Shown here: positions 12,220-26,333 of the stretch, in pieces
How positions within the stretch are numbered: the stretch's first letter is position 1
How the letters are laid out: every line of letters starts with the position of its first letter
From: Cystobasidiomycetes sp. EMM_F5
Lineage: Eukaryota
DNA: 64,000 nt
Direction of reading: 5' to 3'
Assembly (NCBI GenBank): GCA_051047955.1
Contig: JBPGPT010000011.1
Location: 62,001 to 126,000, forward strand
Translations under genes and position numbers: made by a program
Notes under the pieces: model-generated
The model's database searches: none
Told to the model about the DNA's origin: nothing
The model's input: only the letters and a program-made list of their open reading frames with translations

Positions 12220-12501
12220 CGGGATTTCGTTCTGGAGCAGCAGACAGAGCTCCCTTTTGTAGCGATTCGTTCAGTGAAAACAGCATATGCCTTCAATGTA
12301 CGTAGACTTAGCACAGTATCCTATGTATCGCATGAAACAGGCTTCTTATAGGGTGTCTGTGATCAGGGTACTTTGACGCTGAATTGACAGCCGTTTCGTA
12401 AGATCCGACCAGACACTACCGACACTTTGGCTAGCGGAAGTCAATCACGACCAGTGAATGGACTCGCCTAGACGCTCGTCAAGCCGGTCTGCAAGTGCAA
12501 G

Positions 12502-14367
12502 ATGAGCGCAGTATTGGAGCACCAGCACCAGCCCAGGGCATCGACATCCAGTCCGCAGACAACCTCGAGGACGGGCTCCCACCGCCGCTCTGGGTCGGCG
12601 TCGTCGTCCAAGAATGCCAACATGAGCAGCACTCGTACCCGGGGAACCATGGGAACCGCCGGAAGACCACCGCATCATCGACACGCCCTCAGCGCAATCC
12701 GGGCATTTCTCAGACGGGAGAGCTGCTTCGATATACTGCCAGAGAGCTTCAGGCTCATCGTCTTTGACAACAAGTTGCTCATCAAGCGCGCCCTAGTCGC
12801 ATTGCAGACCAATGGTGAGGCTCGTTTCGCGAAAAGCCCGTTTGAAACACGGCATACTGATAGACGTGCTTCCTGCGCAATCTGCCTCGGGAACACTAGG
12901 CGTCGTATCTGCACCACTGTACGACTCTGCCAACTATCGCTTCGCCGGAATGTTCACCCTGGTCGACGTCATTCACCTGATTCAGTACTATTACCTGTCA
13001 GCGACAGGCTACGATTTAGCGGCGATGGAAGTAGAATCCGTCGACCTCTCAGCCTTAAGAGGTACGACCCATTTCTGCAGCTAAATTGAGGCGAAATGAG
13101 CTGAGCGCAAAGTTGATTTCAACAATCGTGTGCAGAAATCGAAGTCGCAATCGATGTGCCGCCCCCACCGATAGTCTCCGTACACCCGGACGATCAGCTG
13201 TACACTGCATGCGCCGCACTAGTCCGTACCCATGCACGACGTTTACCACTCATAGATCGAGACGAGCAGACGGGCAAGGAGACCATCGTTTCCGTATTGA
13301 CCCAGTATAGAGTCCTGAAATTCCTAGCAATCAACGTAAGTCGTCTGTCGTCAAAGTTGTCCCGCTTGATCCTGATCACTCATCCCGAATGCCCATGTGT
13401 TCAGTGTCGGCAAGAATGTCAGCAACTAACAGAGTCTATAGGCGTTCTAGGCATCGGGACTTACCATTCCAATTTTTCGCCTACTGGAGAACCGTTGACA
13501 AATAAGCAACCGACCCCACAATCTTCACATGCTCGTCGGCAGCGCTCACGGACGTATGTTCCCACTACTCCGCAACAAGCGAAACCTCCGGGCGAACAGG
13601 GAACAGCTCAGTATGAGGAGAGCACCCTAGCAGAAAACGCTGAAGACACGGTCGGGGTCTCGAAAACAACCAGCGAGGGAGACACACCGACTGCTCCTGG
13701 CGCTTTCCCTCACAGCCGGCATGCTTCAGCTGCTGGTCAACCTCCTTTGCATTCACATGGTTCAGGCTCATCAGACCATTCTTATTCGGACCGCTTCCAC
13801 CCTTTAGCAGTTGCAACGCTGCAAACTACCGTATTCGACGTCGTGCACCTTTTCTCAGACCTCGGAATTTCTGCTGTACCTATCGTTGACACCGAGACTG
13901 GCCAAGTCATCAACCTCTATGAAGCCGTCGACGTGGTAGATCTAGTGCGTTCGAATGCGTATCAACTCTTGGACTTGACTATTGAGGATGCTCTGAGTCG
14001 GAGAAGCAAAGACTTTCCGGGTGTAGTCACATGTACTCCGGAAGACTCTTTAGCCAGCATACTGGCTTATATACGAGAGAAGCGCGTCCATCGCTTCGTC
14101 ATCGTGGAAGGCGAGGAGACAACCCAAGAAGGTGAATATGACAGTGGTCCATCTGATCGGCCGAAGAAGGTGCCTGGTCGACTGGTCGGCGTACTCTGTC
14201 TCAGCGACATACTCAAGTACATTGTCGGTGCGAGCAGCCTGTCTGGCGTCAAGGTTGTTGGATTGGGATTCCGCACTGAGGAAGAGGGCCTTGCTATCCC
14301 TCGCGTCATTGACGAACGAGAGTTGGACGAAATCAACGAAGGCGTTTCTGGCCTCGGGATATCGTAG
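12502..14367 (+). CDS. SNF4: AMPK/Snf1 gamma subunit (CBS domains)
   Basis: SCFDILPESFRLIVFDNKLLIKRAL, GVVSAPLYDS...FAGMFTLVDVIHLIQYYY, VLTQYRVLKFLAIN, ISAVPIVD, RVHRFVIV, LSDILKY. Three GT-AG introns. Confidence 0.92.
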
Positions 14368-14677
14368 TATGCGCCCAATCAAAATGGCACACTCGTCTTA
14401 CGTCGGCCTCTGTGCAGTCTCGCACAGTATGCTGCTGAATTTTCGTCTTTCCGTATTTTCATTACACCCGTTTCAACAACTCATAGAGGTATCTATAGAA
14501 TGTGTCTTTCTGTTAGCATAGCACAGTATGAAGGCGTAAGTGGTCTTCTTGGTGTACTACATCTGCCTCTGGCTTTTCGATTGTACTGATGCCAACCACG
14601 GTCGGCCATGCTGATTCCCGGATGTCCCTCAACCTTTTCCCTGGCAACAACGTGTATTTATTGTCACGGTCTCCGCC

Positions 14678-16875
14678 ATGCGGCACATCTACAAGGGCGT
14701 CAGGCCGTTCGGAGAGACGCTTGCAATACCGCCTTTAGATTGCTGGGATGGTCTCCTCGGCAACCAGGATCGTGGCATACCCGACGACAAAGTGCTGATG
14801 CTTGATGCGTACACTGAGGCTAAAGTAACATACGGCGAAGCTCGTACGCTTGCAACGAAGCTGGCGCATGGCCTGCGCGTTGGTCATGGCATGCAAGAAG
14901 GCGAAGTCGTTTGCGTCTTTTCCCCGAATCAGATACTGTCAGTGCAGAGCGATGAAATGCCCCGCTGTACTGATTGGCACCTTTCTTTCAGATTTCCGGT
15001 CGCGTGCATGGCCATACAATGCGCTTCTCTAGTGGCTGCGCTGGCTAACTCGACTTATACAAGTGGAGAACTCGCACATCTGCTCAAAGATAGCGGTTCC
15101 TCTGCTATTTTTGTCGGGTCTGACCATATAGACACGGCCTTAGCAGCTGCCAAGGAAGTTGGCATTGAATCACGCCGAGTGTTTGCGCTCCCTGGGATAG
15201 ATGGTACCGTCACGCTGCTGGCCCACTCATACGAGAGACTGGACATCGGCAAGCGATGGCAGCATGCGAGCCTGCCTGTCGATAAGCTCAAGACGACGAC
15301 AGCCTGTGACTGCTCTGAAACTGCTACAACAGTATTTACAGCTGACGCCCTGTGCATCTAGACTTGCCATATTCTTCCGGAACTACAGGTGCGATTGCCA
15401 TTTGATTCACTTTTTGGATGCTGACACGAAGACAGGCCTTGCCAAGGGCGTGGAAGTAACTCATTCAAATGTGATAGCCATCTCGGAACAGCTACACTTG
15501 TGTGGTGATCTTATTGGTCGAGACAGCATCATCATGACTGTTCTACCCTTATTTCATGCTTACGCCATGACCTTCAACATGCATCACGTTATGAGGGAGG
15601 GTGCTACAGCAATAGTACTGCCGAAGTACAGAGCCATCGAGTTATAGCTACGCAGCATGTCTGAGTAATTCTGAGCAGATTCGATCTTGCTCAGTATCTC
15701 GATGGTCTATCAAGATATCGCTGCACGATATCCAACATGTCAGCATATATAGCACAGATGACTATCTCGTACTGACTAGGGTTTACTCTGGCAGTGTTCC
15801 ACCGATCGCGTTGGCTCTGTCCAAGCATCCTTTGGCAGCAAAGGCGGACTTCAGCTACCTGAAGGAATTCATCTGCGGAGCAGCTCCAATGTCTGGTGAC
15901 TTGGCAAAGGCTGTGGAGCGAGCCTGCAAGGTTCCGGTGCATCAAGGTTATGGTAAGCAAGCGAGAGCACCGAATCTGCAATATTCGGACTAGCTGATCT
16001 GCTTCTAGGTATGACCGAAACGACGGCGGGTGTGTTTCACATTTTATGCATCATTTGTCATGACTAATTTGCAGCGTTTTCCACGTTAGTGGGAGCCGTA
16101 AATCGTCCCAAGGGTGCTAGGCATGACAGCGTTGGACCCTTACTTCCATACATCGAGGCAAGGATTGTTGATGACAAGCACAACGATGTCAATCCCGGAG
16201 ATCGCGGCGAGGTTTGGCTCCGAGGGCCGAACATGATTACAGCATATCACAACAATAAAAAGGCCACGGACGAGACACTGACACCGGATGGATGGCTGCG
16301 AACCGGGGATGTTGGCTACTTCATTGATGATCATCTATATCTCGTGGATCGTACGAAAGAGCTCATCAAATACAAAGCATTTCAGGTTCCACCAGCAGAG
16401 TTGGAAGCCCTGCTTCTAACATGCGAGCTCGTGGCCGATGCGGCAGTCATTGGCAGTGTGTTTTGCATTACCTTGACCGCTTTGTACGTTTTGCTGACGA
16501 TGGTTCGACAGTTTATTCGGAGGAGCAGGCGACCGAGTTGCCAAGAGCATACGGTAAGTATCTCTAACCACCCTAGCAATGTATGCGGCGTTCTGATGGC
16601 ATGATTCCGAAGTTACGCTGAGCGAGCAGGGAAAAGAAGACGAAAACGCGTGTTCTAATATTGCGGACTTTGTCCGTGAGAGAGTGGCTCCGCACAAGTG
16701 CGTAGTATATTTACGGAATGATACTGATTAATCTGATGTATGTTTGTCGTCAAGACGATTGCGAGGCGGGGTTTTCGCCCTAGATGTCATACCCAAGAGC
16801 CCGTCTGGCAAGATACTACGGAAAGACCTGCGGGCGATGGTGGCTAAAGAAAGCAAAGGGAAAGCGAAGCTGTAA
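14678..16875 (+). CDS. 4-coumarate-CoA ligase-like acyl-CoA synthetase, peroxisomal (PTS1 AKL)
   Basis: Spliced AMP-binding motif YSSGTTGLAKGV, plus QGYGMTETT, GWLRTGDVG, DRTKELIKYK, PKSPSGKILRK. Ends KGKAKL*. About 9 introns. Confidence 0.9.
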
Positions 16876-17508
16876 GGCAGCGGAAATTCCGCTTCGGAAA
16901 TGAGGATCGCAACCATACCATTGATTCTTCCTCAAGCCAAGCTTACGTGCTTTCATCGAGGACACTGTCGAAATAAACTTGATCTCGTGTCGTTATTCGG
17001 TAAGGCAACCTTTCTGTTGTAATATGACGGCCCGCAAACGTATAAATTGTCGATAACATGGGCAAACAATCAGATGCCTTCAAGTCCAGGCATGGCTGTA
17101 AAGCGTCCGCGTTCCGGCCCGCAATGCGCCTTGGAGCATGCCGTAACTGACCAATACCAGAACGAAAAACTGAACCATCTATCAAGGGCAAGAAGACAGC
17201 ATCAGATGGAAAGATAAAACGAATGAATTTTGCACAAATGCGAAAGGTGTGGATCTGAACAACTCGCACACTTTGTAAAATTTGCAATTTGAACTGACCC
17301 CTTCGACAAACAAGTTACTATCTGTTTTTTTTTCGGCTAAGACTGGACTGTGCTACCGGCTGATAATAATTAGTGTCCGGGATGTCTAGTCTTGCGTGCA
17401 GAGCGACCAGGGTCGTTCGCGCCCAGTGATAGAATTAAGCATGCGGAGATGGCGAAACGAAGGAAAATTACGCTAAAGCCAATGAAATATTGCACATTGC
17501 TACGTCTT

Positions 17509-20500
17509 CTACGCATGTACGCCTTCACCCTTGAGAGCTTTTGCACGGTCCTCGAGCCTGAAGGTGTCTGGTCTTCCGTCGACACCACGCTCGTGCACGA
17601 TAGTAACTCTTTGCAGAGATACAAGGAAGTCCTCGTGTGCACGGGAGACGCGAGATCTATCTCGGCGACCCAGCTCATCGAGGTATGGGATCTTCTGGAG
17701 AATGAAGTAGACCAGAGCCAGGATGATGGTAACACCAAGACTGTAGGCGTACACTCGGACAACGGTGACTAAGGATTGATAGGGTCAGAGCTGCTGCGAA
17801 TACAGCATTATCATAGCACGCTCACCAATGTCGGTCCAGCCAGAGTGGTGACCAGCTCCCTTGATATCCTCAGATCCATTACCTCCATGCACAAACCAGC
17901 CGAAGAGGGTGAACATTGTGGCCAAGATGTCGACAACAACAATTGCACCGATCAGTTGGAACGATGGCATGGTGAAGCCAGCTTGTACACGGGTGACAAC
18001 TATTGAATATGTTAGTATTATCGATTGATGAGCATGAGAGAAATGACGTACAGATAAGCCAGTTTTCAGTCAAAGCAACCTCCAGGAAGAGAATACCCTG
18101 TGGGTTTCCGAAATTCTGAACGACACCACCGTTGTTCAAGAACATAGTTCCGCGGAGAATCCAGGTTCCGGCGGCCAGCAGCATTCCCAAAATGACGGAA
18201 ATAATCCAGATCTTGGGCAATTGCCATTCGACTGGGCGCTGAGCGTAGATGGCGTTGTCGTAAGCAATGGCAATAGTGGCAACATCGGCGAACAACGCCA
18301 AGAAGACGATGAGCTGTACTCGGATAGCCTCGTCGCGAATGAGAATGGATAGAACCAGGTAGATTTCCAAATGTAAGCACAGAGCGATACGATATTCGAT
18401 ATACGCCTTCATGCGGGAGAAAATCTGTCGAGACGCCTTGATGGCAGTGATGATAGTTGAAAGACCTGGGAAAAAGGGTGATTTAGTATGAACTGAGAGC
18501 GAAGAAGGCAACAATTTACCTTCGTCGAGGAAGACAACATCTGCAGCAGCACGGGCAGCATCTGTAGCACCTTGTACGGCGATACCGCAGTCTGCCTTCT
18601 TGAGGGATGGGGCGTCATTGACACCGTCACCAGTCATGCCTGTAAGATGGCCACGTTGTTGGAGCATGGTCACGACCTGGTATTTGTGCTCAGGGTAAAC
18701 TTCACCGAAACCATCGGCAGCCTCGACGAAATCATGAATATCAGAACCGGACATGCCACCACCAGAGATCAGACGTTCAGAGTCGTAGACGTTTGTACCC
18801 AAGTTGAGCTGTTTGCAGGTCTCGATGGCGATAGCGACGGCATCACCGGTTAACATCTTGACCTTTACACCAAGAACACCGGCCTCCGCGACAGTGGACG
18901 CAGTATCAGAGCGGGGAGGGTCGAACATTGGCATGATACCGAGCAACTCCCATTGGCCACCTTCTTGGAAGGCAACACCGAGCGAACGGAAACCTCTGTG
19001 AGCGAATTCTTGAGCCTTAGCACGGTAGTGTTCGGCGACTTCCTGTGGCGGTTGGCATAGTTTGAGGACGGCGTTTGGTGCACCCTTGCAAGCAACGTAG
19101 CTTTTGCCATCTCGCTCGACTTCGGCTACAATACGCTTGGATACTGGGTCGAAAGGAGTAAACTTCTTGGTGACCCATCCAGCTCGGAGGTATTCCTGGG
19201 CCTTTGGGTAACGAGCCAGGGTTTCGATCGTGACCTTGTCGATAGGATCCAGCGAAGTGACGGCGTGGGACGAAGCCAAAGCAGCGACAGCCATGAGCCA
19301 GTCTGGCTCAACACCCTCAGCAGTGTATGGATCGTTGATCGTAAGTTTGTTAGCGGTAAGAGTACCAGTCTTGTCAGAGCAAAGAACATCGACACCAGCC
19401 AAAGCCTCGATGGCGGTCAACTTTTGTACGATAGCCTTACGTTTAGCGAGGAAAGATGCACCGACAGCCAGGGTAGTGGTTGTGACACATGGAAGACCGA
19501 CGGGGACACCGATAATCAGGAAGATAAGGGTGTAGTTGAGCAAGTTGTTGTCCTCGGGCTCGGCAATACCAGTGTTGCGGAAGAAACCACCAATCCAGAA
19601 TGCGAAAGTGAAGGCGACTACGAGAATCAAAAGCGCCGTACCGATAGACGTCATGACAATCTAATCAAGGGTCATCTCAGTGATTGGCTGTGCGAGTGAA
19701 CGAAGCGGCAACGTTTACGTACTTGGAAATGTCCCTTGCCCTGCGTACCTACAACTAGTGCGGCAGTTCGACCGACGAAAGTGTTTGTACCGGTTTCGGA
19801 GGCAATCATGTATACTTTACCGCGCTTGCATCCACTATATACGAGCCGTCAGAACAAGTGTAGCCGGCAGCACGAATTAAGACACATACGTAGTGTAGAA
19901 AACAAAGTCGTCAATGTGCTTGTCGACTGCCAGAGATTCACCAGTAATTGCAGACTGATCGGCAGCAGCGATAGCGTGACCGAGATCGATACCGCCTTCC
20001 TCGCCGGCTTCGGTCTCCTTGGACAATCCCTTTTCTTGCGCAGCCTTTGCCTTAGCAGCTTTGACGCGAGCCAGCATGTCCTTGGACTTCTGGTTTCCGC
20101 GGTCAGAGTAGTCTCCAACAACTCGGCCATCCGCTGGAATCGTAACACCGTCCTGAATTCATCGCGTCAGTAACATCTCAAACGCATAAACCAGTCAAAT
20201 TACCTCAATAATGATAATGTCACCAGGCACTACGTCACGAGCCTCGACCTGCACCGTTCTGCCGTTTCTGACAACCTCTGCCTTGAGGGCGATATCGGCC
20301 TTGAGCTTTGCGACAACATCACCGGCTTGTTTTTCTTGATACCAACCGACGAAAGCGTTGAGAAGCAGAATACCAATAATGACACCGAAATCAACCTAGT
20401 AAGGGGATGTATATTATCAGTGATTACTATAATAGGAGAAAGAATATCGTGAGTATGCTCACCCAGTCACGGAGACCGGCAGCCAAGATGACAGCCAACT

Positions 20501-21456
20501 CCATAGTGTAGAGGATAGGACCTGAGTTTTGCGACTTAGGCTTATCGGACGAAGTCTGATTGGCCAAACTCACCTTGGAAGAATGTAAAGAATTTAAGGA
20601 AGAGATTCTCCCGCGATCTGACGTGGGCAACGAGGAGCAAGTATGAGCGATAAATATAAAGGCATTGCGGGCAGGAATGGATTGTAAGGCAGGAAGCCCA
20701 GGTCACCAGCGGGCACGAACGGCCGGCACAGGATGCCATACTCGGTACATGCCAGCAAACGGACGATGAACATGATGAACATGACTTTGCATAGCAGTGG
20801 AGCAGTGTTTACCGGCGAAGAGGAGTGGCAAGCAAAAATGCTTGGAGCACACGTGGGCTGGCCGGAGGTGGAGAGGAGGGTGGAGACGAGGGAGCAAGGA
20901 ACGTACGATTCAAGTTCGTTCCATCCAACAACTTTGCGACGTTCTTCAACTTGGGCATCCGTCAAACCTTGCACAATGTCAGTTTGCAACCTGTTTTCGG
21001 AAGGCGTTAGCCCCTGGGAGGCCAGGCGGTCGTAAAAGAAAACCGCCTACCAGTCTTCCGGGGTGACAATAGCACTGTCGTGAGGAATGACTTCTCCATT
21101 GCGGTCGTACTTGACGTCGTATGTCTTCCATGGCGTGTACCACTTGCGATGCTTCTTTACATATGAGCCATCGCCAGTCGCAGCGCCGCCACCCGTCTTC
21201 TTTTCCGCAAACCTTGCAACGTAGTCGAGGAGGCCTGCGTACTCCTCCTGCTCGTCGCCATGATGCCCGACCTGGTCGTCTAGAAGAGCACGACAACTCG
21301 TCAACCAGCTTGTTTTTTTGCTTATCTTTCCCGATCAAGTCCGGGCGAAGGTCTCCACTCACTGCGGGTATCGTCATCGGACGAGTGGTCGGAGAGGTGG
21401 GCGTGCTGCTGCTGCTGCCCAGTCGCAGGGTACATGGTCTTCTCTGTCGTCGCCAT
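17509..21456 (-). CDS. PMA1: Plasma-membrane P-type H+-ATPase
   Basis: CSDKTGTLT phosphorylation motif, [32 protein letters not shown]. Start [10 protein letters not shown] at 21456; last exon ends KGEGVHA* at 17509. Many canonical introns. Confidence 0.96.
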
Positions 21457-24400
21457 GCTTGGTGTGGTTACCCTCTTGCCTAGGGTTCTTGATGTTGAAG
21501 CAGCCGGCTTGAGGGAAAGGAAGAGAGGAGGGCGAGCAGATTTGCAGCCACCCGAATTGGCCGAGGCTAGCTCGGTTCCCGCCGCCTGTTTTTTTAGGCA
21601 AATGCGGAGAGAGGTTGTATGAGAAATGCTCGATTACAATCTATATGCGTGATTGTAATGGTTGGGTGAAAGCGACGCTGTTGTGTTTCGTTGAGACGCA
21701 GACGCTTTCTATACCAAGGGAAGCTTGGTCCGGGAGAAAGACTTTACGGAAGCAGACAAACGTAAAGAGCAAAACACATAAAGCCAGAAATGGAAAGCAG
21801 CAACTACATACGTCGTCGGGCTCGTTGGGAATGCACCCTTTACGTCCATCATGCTTATGCATGCATATGACGGCGCGCAACCGGCCGACGATAGCCCCGC
21901 AACCGGAGTCCGGACGATCGGCATTGGCTGAGCTCTATCGAATAGGCAACTTGCTTATAGCAAGGTTGTGACATACGTTTCAAACAAATTTCCGACGAAT
22001 CTTCTTTACCGCTATCAGCTTGCCATTCCACCATTATATGCTTCTTCCAGCTGCAGACATTTGGCTAACATAGAGGGATTTGCCATTGACTGCCAGTGCG
22101 TCATCCGTGCTGACTACATTATCATATTCTCAACGCCTTCGGCGCCATAATCTATTTTCAAAGATTTCTTCCAGCCGTCCCCATACTTCGGCGGATGCGA
22201 AAAAAGTCAAACATACATCTCGCACGAGCAGTGAGCAAATAAGGAGCTCGACATCTCCTAACTTACACGCTCTCATATGGCAGGACCTTCCATACGCTGC
22301 GTCAAGATATGCAATCTGACCTCATGTTTCGCGCAAGCCAGAGCTCGGAACAGACGTTTTTGACCCTTACTAAACTGACTCTGAATGCGTGTGGTCGAAG
22401 AATGGTCATTCCAGCTACATTCTCTCGCATTCACTTACACGGCGGCTGCAAATTGATATTGAATTCGGACGTGACATGAATTTCATCTCCATTGCTCATC
22501 GCTTGAATAACACACGCACACCTTTTGAAATGCATGCAAGGACCTGCTTCTATATATGCTGACAAGTTCATGGCGTGTTTGAGCGGCGTCGCTGAAGCGA
22601 AACTCCCATTAATAATACAACATTAACTAACGCTACAAGTGGTACACTACAAGACCTTCTGGACATACAGTAAGTGGTCCTCATCCAAGCTTTGGTTAGT
22701 GCAAAGCGCGAACTACTTCCTGAAACCACCAAATATGAAGGCAGAGTACTTTTGCGTGTACGACAAGGCAGGCCAGAGAGCCTGTATAACGCACTGTCAG
22801 CCCCGTGATTCTTCTGAATTGATCGCATTCTGATCTGACTCTGTCTGTGCGCAGCGCAGTAAATCCGACTGGAATATAAGGTACTTATGCAGATTACTAG
22901 GTAAACCGGTTTGGGCAAAAATAGAGTCAGTCAAGTACAAGACTTCTCTTTGCAGAGATGCTACATTGTTGAACCATTTGAAGCGATGAACGTGTGCGAA
23001 GAGTGCGGCTTCAAAGTGAGCTCGAGGTCTGGTGCACAGAGTGGCTTCTCATCCAAGGGAAAAGGCTGACGGAAGGCGAATGCTAGGCGAAAGGACTATA
23101 TGTTTAAGACGTTCAGAATCACTTACTGTAGGACGGGTTTAGCCGGAAGCATTTTGCTTTATTTTGACGGGCGGCCTCATCGTTGACAGTGGTTCCTGGA
23201 CCACATCGTCCAACCGAGGCAATGGAGGGAATTTTGATACGAACAACAGATTCGATTAGCAGAGATTGGAAATGTTGTATTCTTCCGCTCGGAGCTGGGT
23301 TAGCCTCCTTTAAGCAGTTCAAACTTTATTTGATGGTAACAGCACGAGAAACAAATAGCAGACAACACATCATCCGCATACAACGTCACTCAATCTATAC
23401 CCAAGCCTTAAGGATATCGATTATCACGTCAATTGTAGATGGTAAGTTACCCAAAGATTTTCACCAAGAGCGCAAGAGTGGTCCCCACCCGCGGGTGGGC
23501 GTCAGCCTGTCACAAAACATGTGTCTTCGGTTCCGCGTTAATTGGCAAATTATGATTCCGCATGCTGTGCCAATCAGCGGAATGTAACTGTGATGTCTGA
23601 GCGGGATTGCGTCGACATTGACAGCCGCAGCTGTGGTAACTATGCTGCGAACGCGCGATGCGTCGGAAAATCGAGGATTAAGCGCATGCGAATGGACCCG
23701 GAACGCAACGTAAGCGAGCGTAGGAAGCGTTTGGGCTCTGCTAGCTACTGCAATTTTCTAGTTACTGAGACGTTTCTACATTCTTTCCATCGTCTTGGAC
23801 AACCGGTCATCAGCCTGGCGATAATCCTGCATCGTCCAGGAGCTCCTATCAACACTGCGCCGTCACCAGCATTCGTAACACAATCATTCTGATCCCAACC
23901 GACGATCTATCCATGGCAGCTTAGACTTTTTGGAGATCCTTTGTCGACAAGCTGCAACGTAACAATTTCCTGCTTTCGTGAGTTCCTACTCTGTGGTCCG
24001 CAGCCATAGCTGCGACAGCCGATCTCTGATGAGCTGACGCATATGACACTGTATAGTATCCCTCGTGTGTATAGACACAAGTGAGAAGTATACAGCAACA
24101 CTTGGCAAGTCTTCTCGGGTCCGAACACGCACGATCTCTCTGCTGGCGACAATCGAAAATACAGCAGTACAACCTCAGCGATTGAAGACTGCATCGAAAC
24201 TTACAATAGCAACCATCTGCATCAACGAATTACGCTCCAACCGTGAGGCTTCTTTAATCCTTTGGCAAAACAGACTTAGAGTTCGGAGGCTCTTTGCACT
24301 GACAAAACGCTCAGTACGGGTATCCGGTCTACGAGTTTCGCTTGAGGTCAACCGAACAGAACATTTAGCAGGTAGCAGTCACCACCGCTCGCTGCAAGTG

Positions 24401-24907
24401 TCGCCTGTTTACGCAGTAGGCATCCAAGGGTCACGCGAAACACGTGAGCCGGGCCCTGAGCTTCAGTCACGGTGGCGACGCCCTAAAGTCCGACGCGCTT
24501 ATTGGTGAAGCGGACACACACAAGCGCTACAGTCGACCTTACGGACAAGAAGTGCACTCTCTATTTGAAGCGGGTGTGCGCTGCGCAACGCTCATTTCTC
24601 CCCAATCCTCAGCAGAATCGGCCGTGAACCAGGTCGGCGGGTCTCATCAGAACAGAGCTTCTGTCTCCGCCTGTATCTGCAGAAGCATCTGACAATAGTC
24701 GATCTACGCGAATCATCGCGTAGTAGTCTTCTTCAATCGCGAACGCAGCTCTGGCTGGCGCACCTTACTGCAGAGTACGCACTTCCTTTTCTCTATCTTC
24801 TTTTCTCTATCTAGGGTGGCTAGGGCTTGCTTGTTCGCACCGCACCATCGCCATTAGACTCACCGTTTTCGGCTCTAGTCAGGTCATCAACGCTCGCTTA
24901 GCTCATT

Positions 24908-26333
24908 ATGGTCAACGCGCCAGAAACAGCCCGACTGCAGCATAATCGACGAGAAGACTTCGTGTCTCTGGAACCGCATGGCTGGTCATCGGCTGATGTG
25001 GAAGTACATGAACACCTTGCCGATTCCCGTTACCTTGTTACATCAACAGCTACATCACACCTACCTATGCGAACCAACGATGGCAATGCCTCGGATGAAC
25101 AGCTTCGCCATTACAACGAAATGTTAGCAACATTCTTTGCAAATCAGCAGTTAGCTCAGCAGGCGCACAGACTTCAGCAAGAGCGACAACGAAGTCAAGC
25201 TGAGTTGCAGCAGTGGCCTCATCAGGAGCTTCACGAGCTAAGTGGGTCGTACCGGCCTGAGCATTTCGAACCTGTTTGGGACAGCGGATTGTATGAGACA
25301 CCGTCAACCGAGCAACGCTATGGACATCCATCTTTGCATTCGCCCTACAGGCAGCCGGTTCCTCCACCTCAGCTCTACCATGCAGAGTCGACATCTGCAC
25401 CATTCTCGAACCGGAATTACGCACCGTCACCATACGCGACCTCACGCAGCTACGCACCAGGAATACAGACCTACGGACGCAGTATGCCACATCATCGCGT
25501 TTATGTCCTACGATGCGCACATTGCAATACTTTCTTATCCGACAGAGGCATGCGAGCAGTATTACTGTTGAAGCCGCACATCACGCTATTCTCTACAGAT
25601 GCCTCGCCTGTCAATTCGGGTGCGCTATATAGTCCAAACGACCTGGAGCCAGACGCAGTTGGAGAGAAGGTTGAACGCACCTGTGACTGCCTAACGCAAT
25701 CCATCGGTTGCTATACCTGCGGCAATACCATAGGATGTAAGTCAGCCTATCGCAAAGGTTTAGACAAGGCTGAACGACGGCAAACAGATCAGATAATTGC
25801 TCCCTGTCCTCGATGTACTGCCTCTATTAGCAAACATCAAAGACCAGCGAATGGACACCGCTTTGTCTTTCAGTACGTCGGTTTTTCCCCGCATAATGGC
25901 TTGGTCGATCGTTGCTGAAGCCCTGTTATCGCATCATAGTCACAATGAGGTGCTTGCATGCGAGAGGAAGTATCACGAAGGCGAAGGAGGTCTGCGGAGT
26001 GATTTGATTCGCCATGTGCCGCGGAGTGCCCAATTGCAGCATCGCGCGGCCGATGTCGAATTTCCACCTTCCCGTCAAACCATAGATTTGGCTGCACACC
26101 ATGCGGTCGATGGCGAGATCAAAGACAATCTGGACCGCTACTCCCGTTTGTCTGGTCATTGGTCGTCGCAATATAATCAGCAGGCCCGCCCGGCGGGCAA
26201 CAGCTTGCAGACATCATGCCCCAATCTGAAGCATGGCGATACAGTATACTGGCATTATCTCCTATCTGCTGGAGAGATGGTCCGCCCAATCGATCCGGCA
26301 ACCCGGGGGATTGCCCCGTCTGTTGGACGCTAG
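24908..26333 (+). CDS. FAM72-family (Yippee/Mis18-like zinc-binding) protein
   Basis: HRVYVLRCAHCNTFLSDRGMRAVLLLKPHITLFSTD...TCDCLTQSIGCYTCGNTIGY..IAPCPRC...NGHRFVF is characteristic of FAM72. Two introns. Confidence 0.82.

Noticed and set aside
17370..17762. 130-aa minus ORF as the PMA1 C-terminus
   Set aside because: The frame ending at 17509 carries the ATPase-like last helix and tail; this one is an alternative frame.
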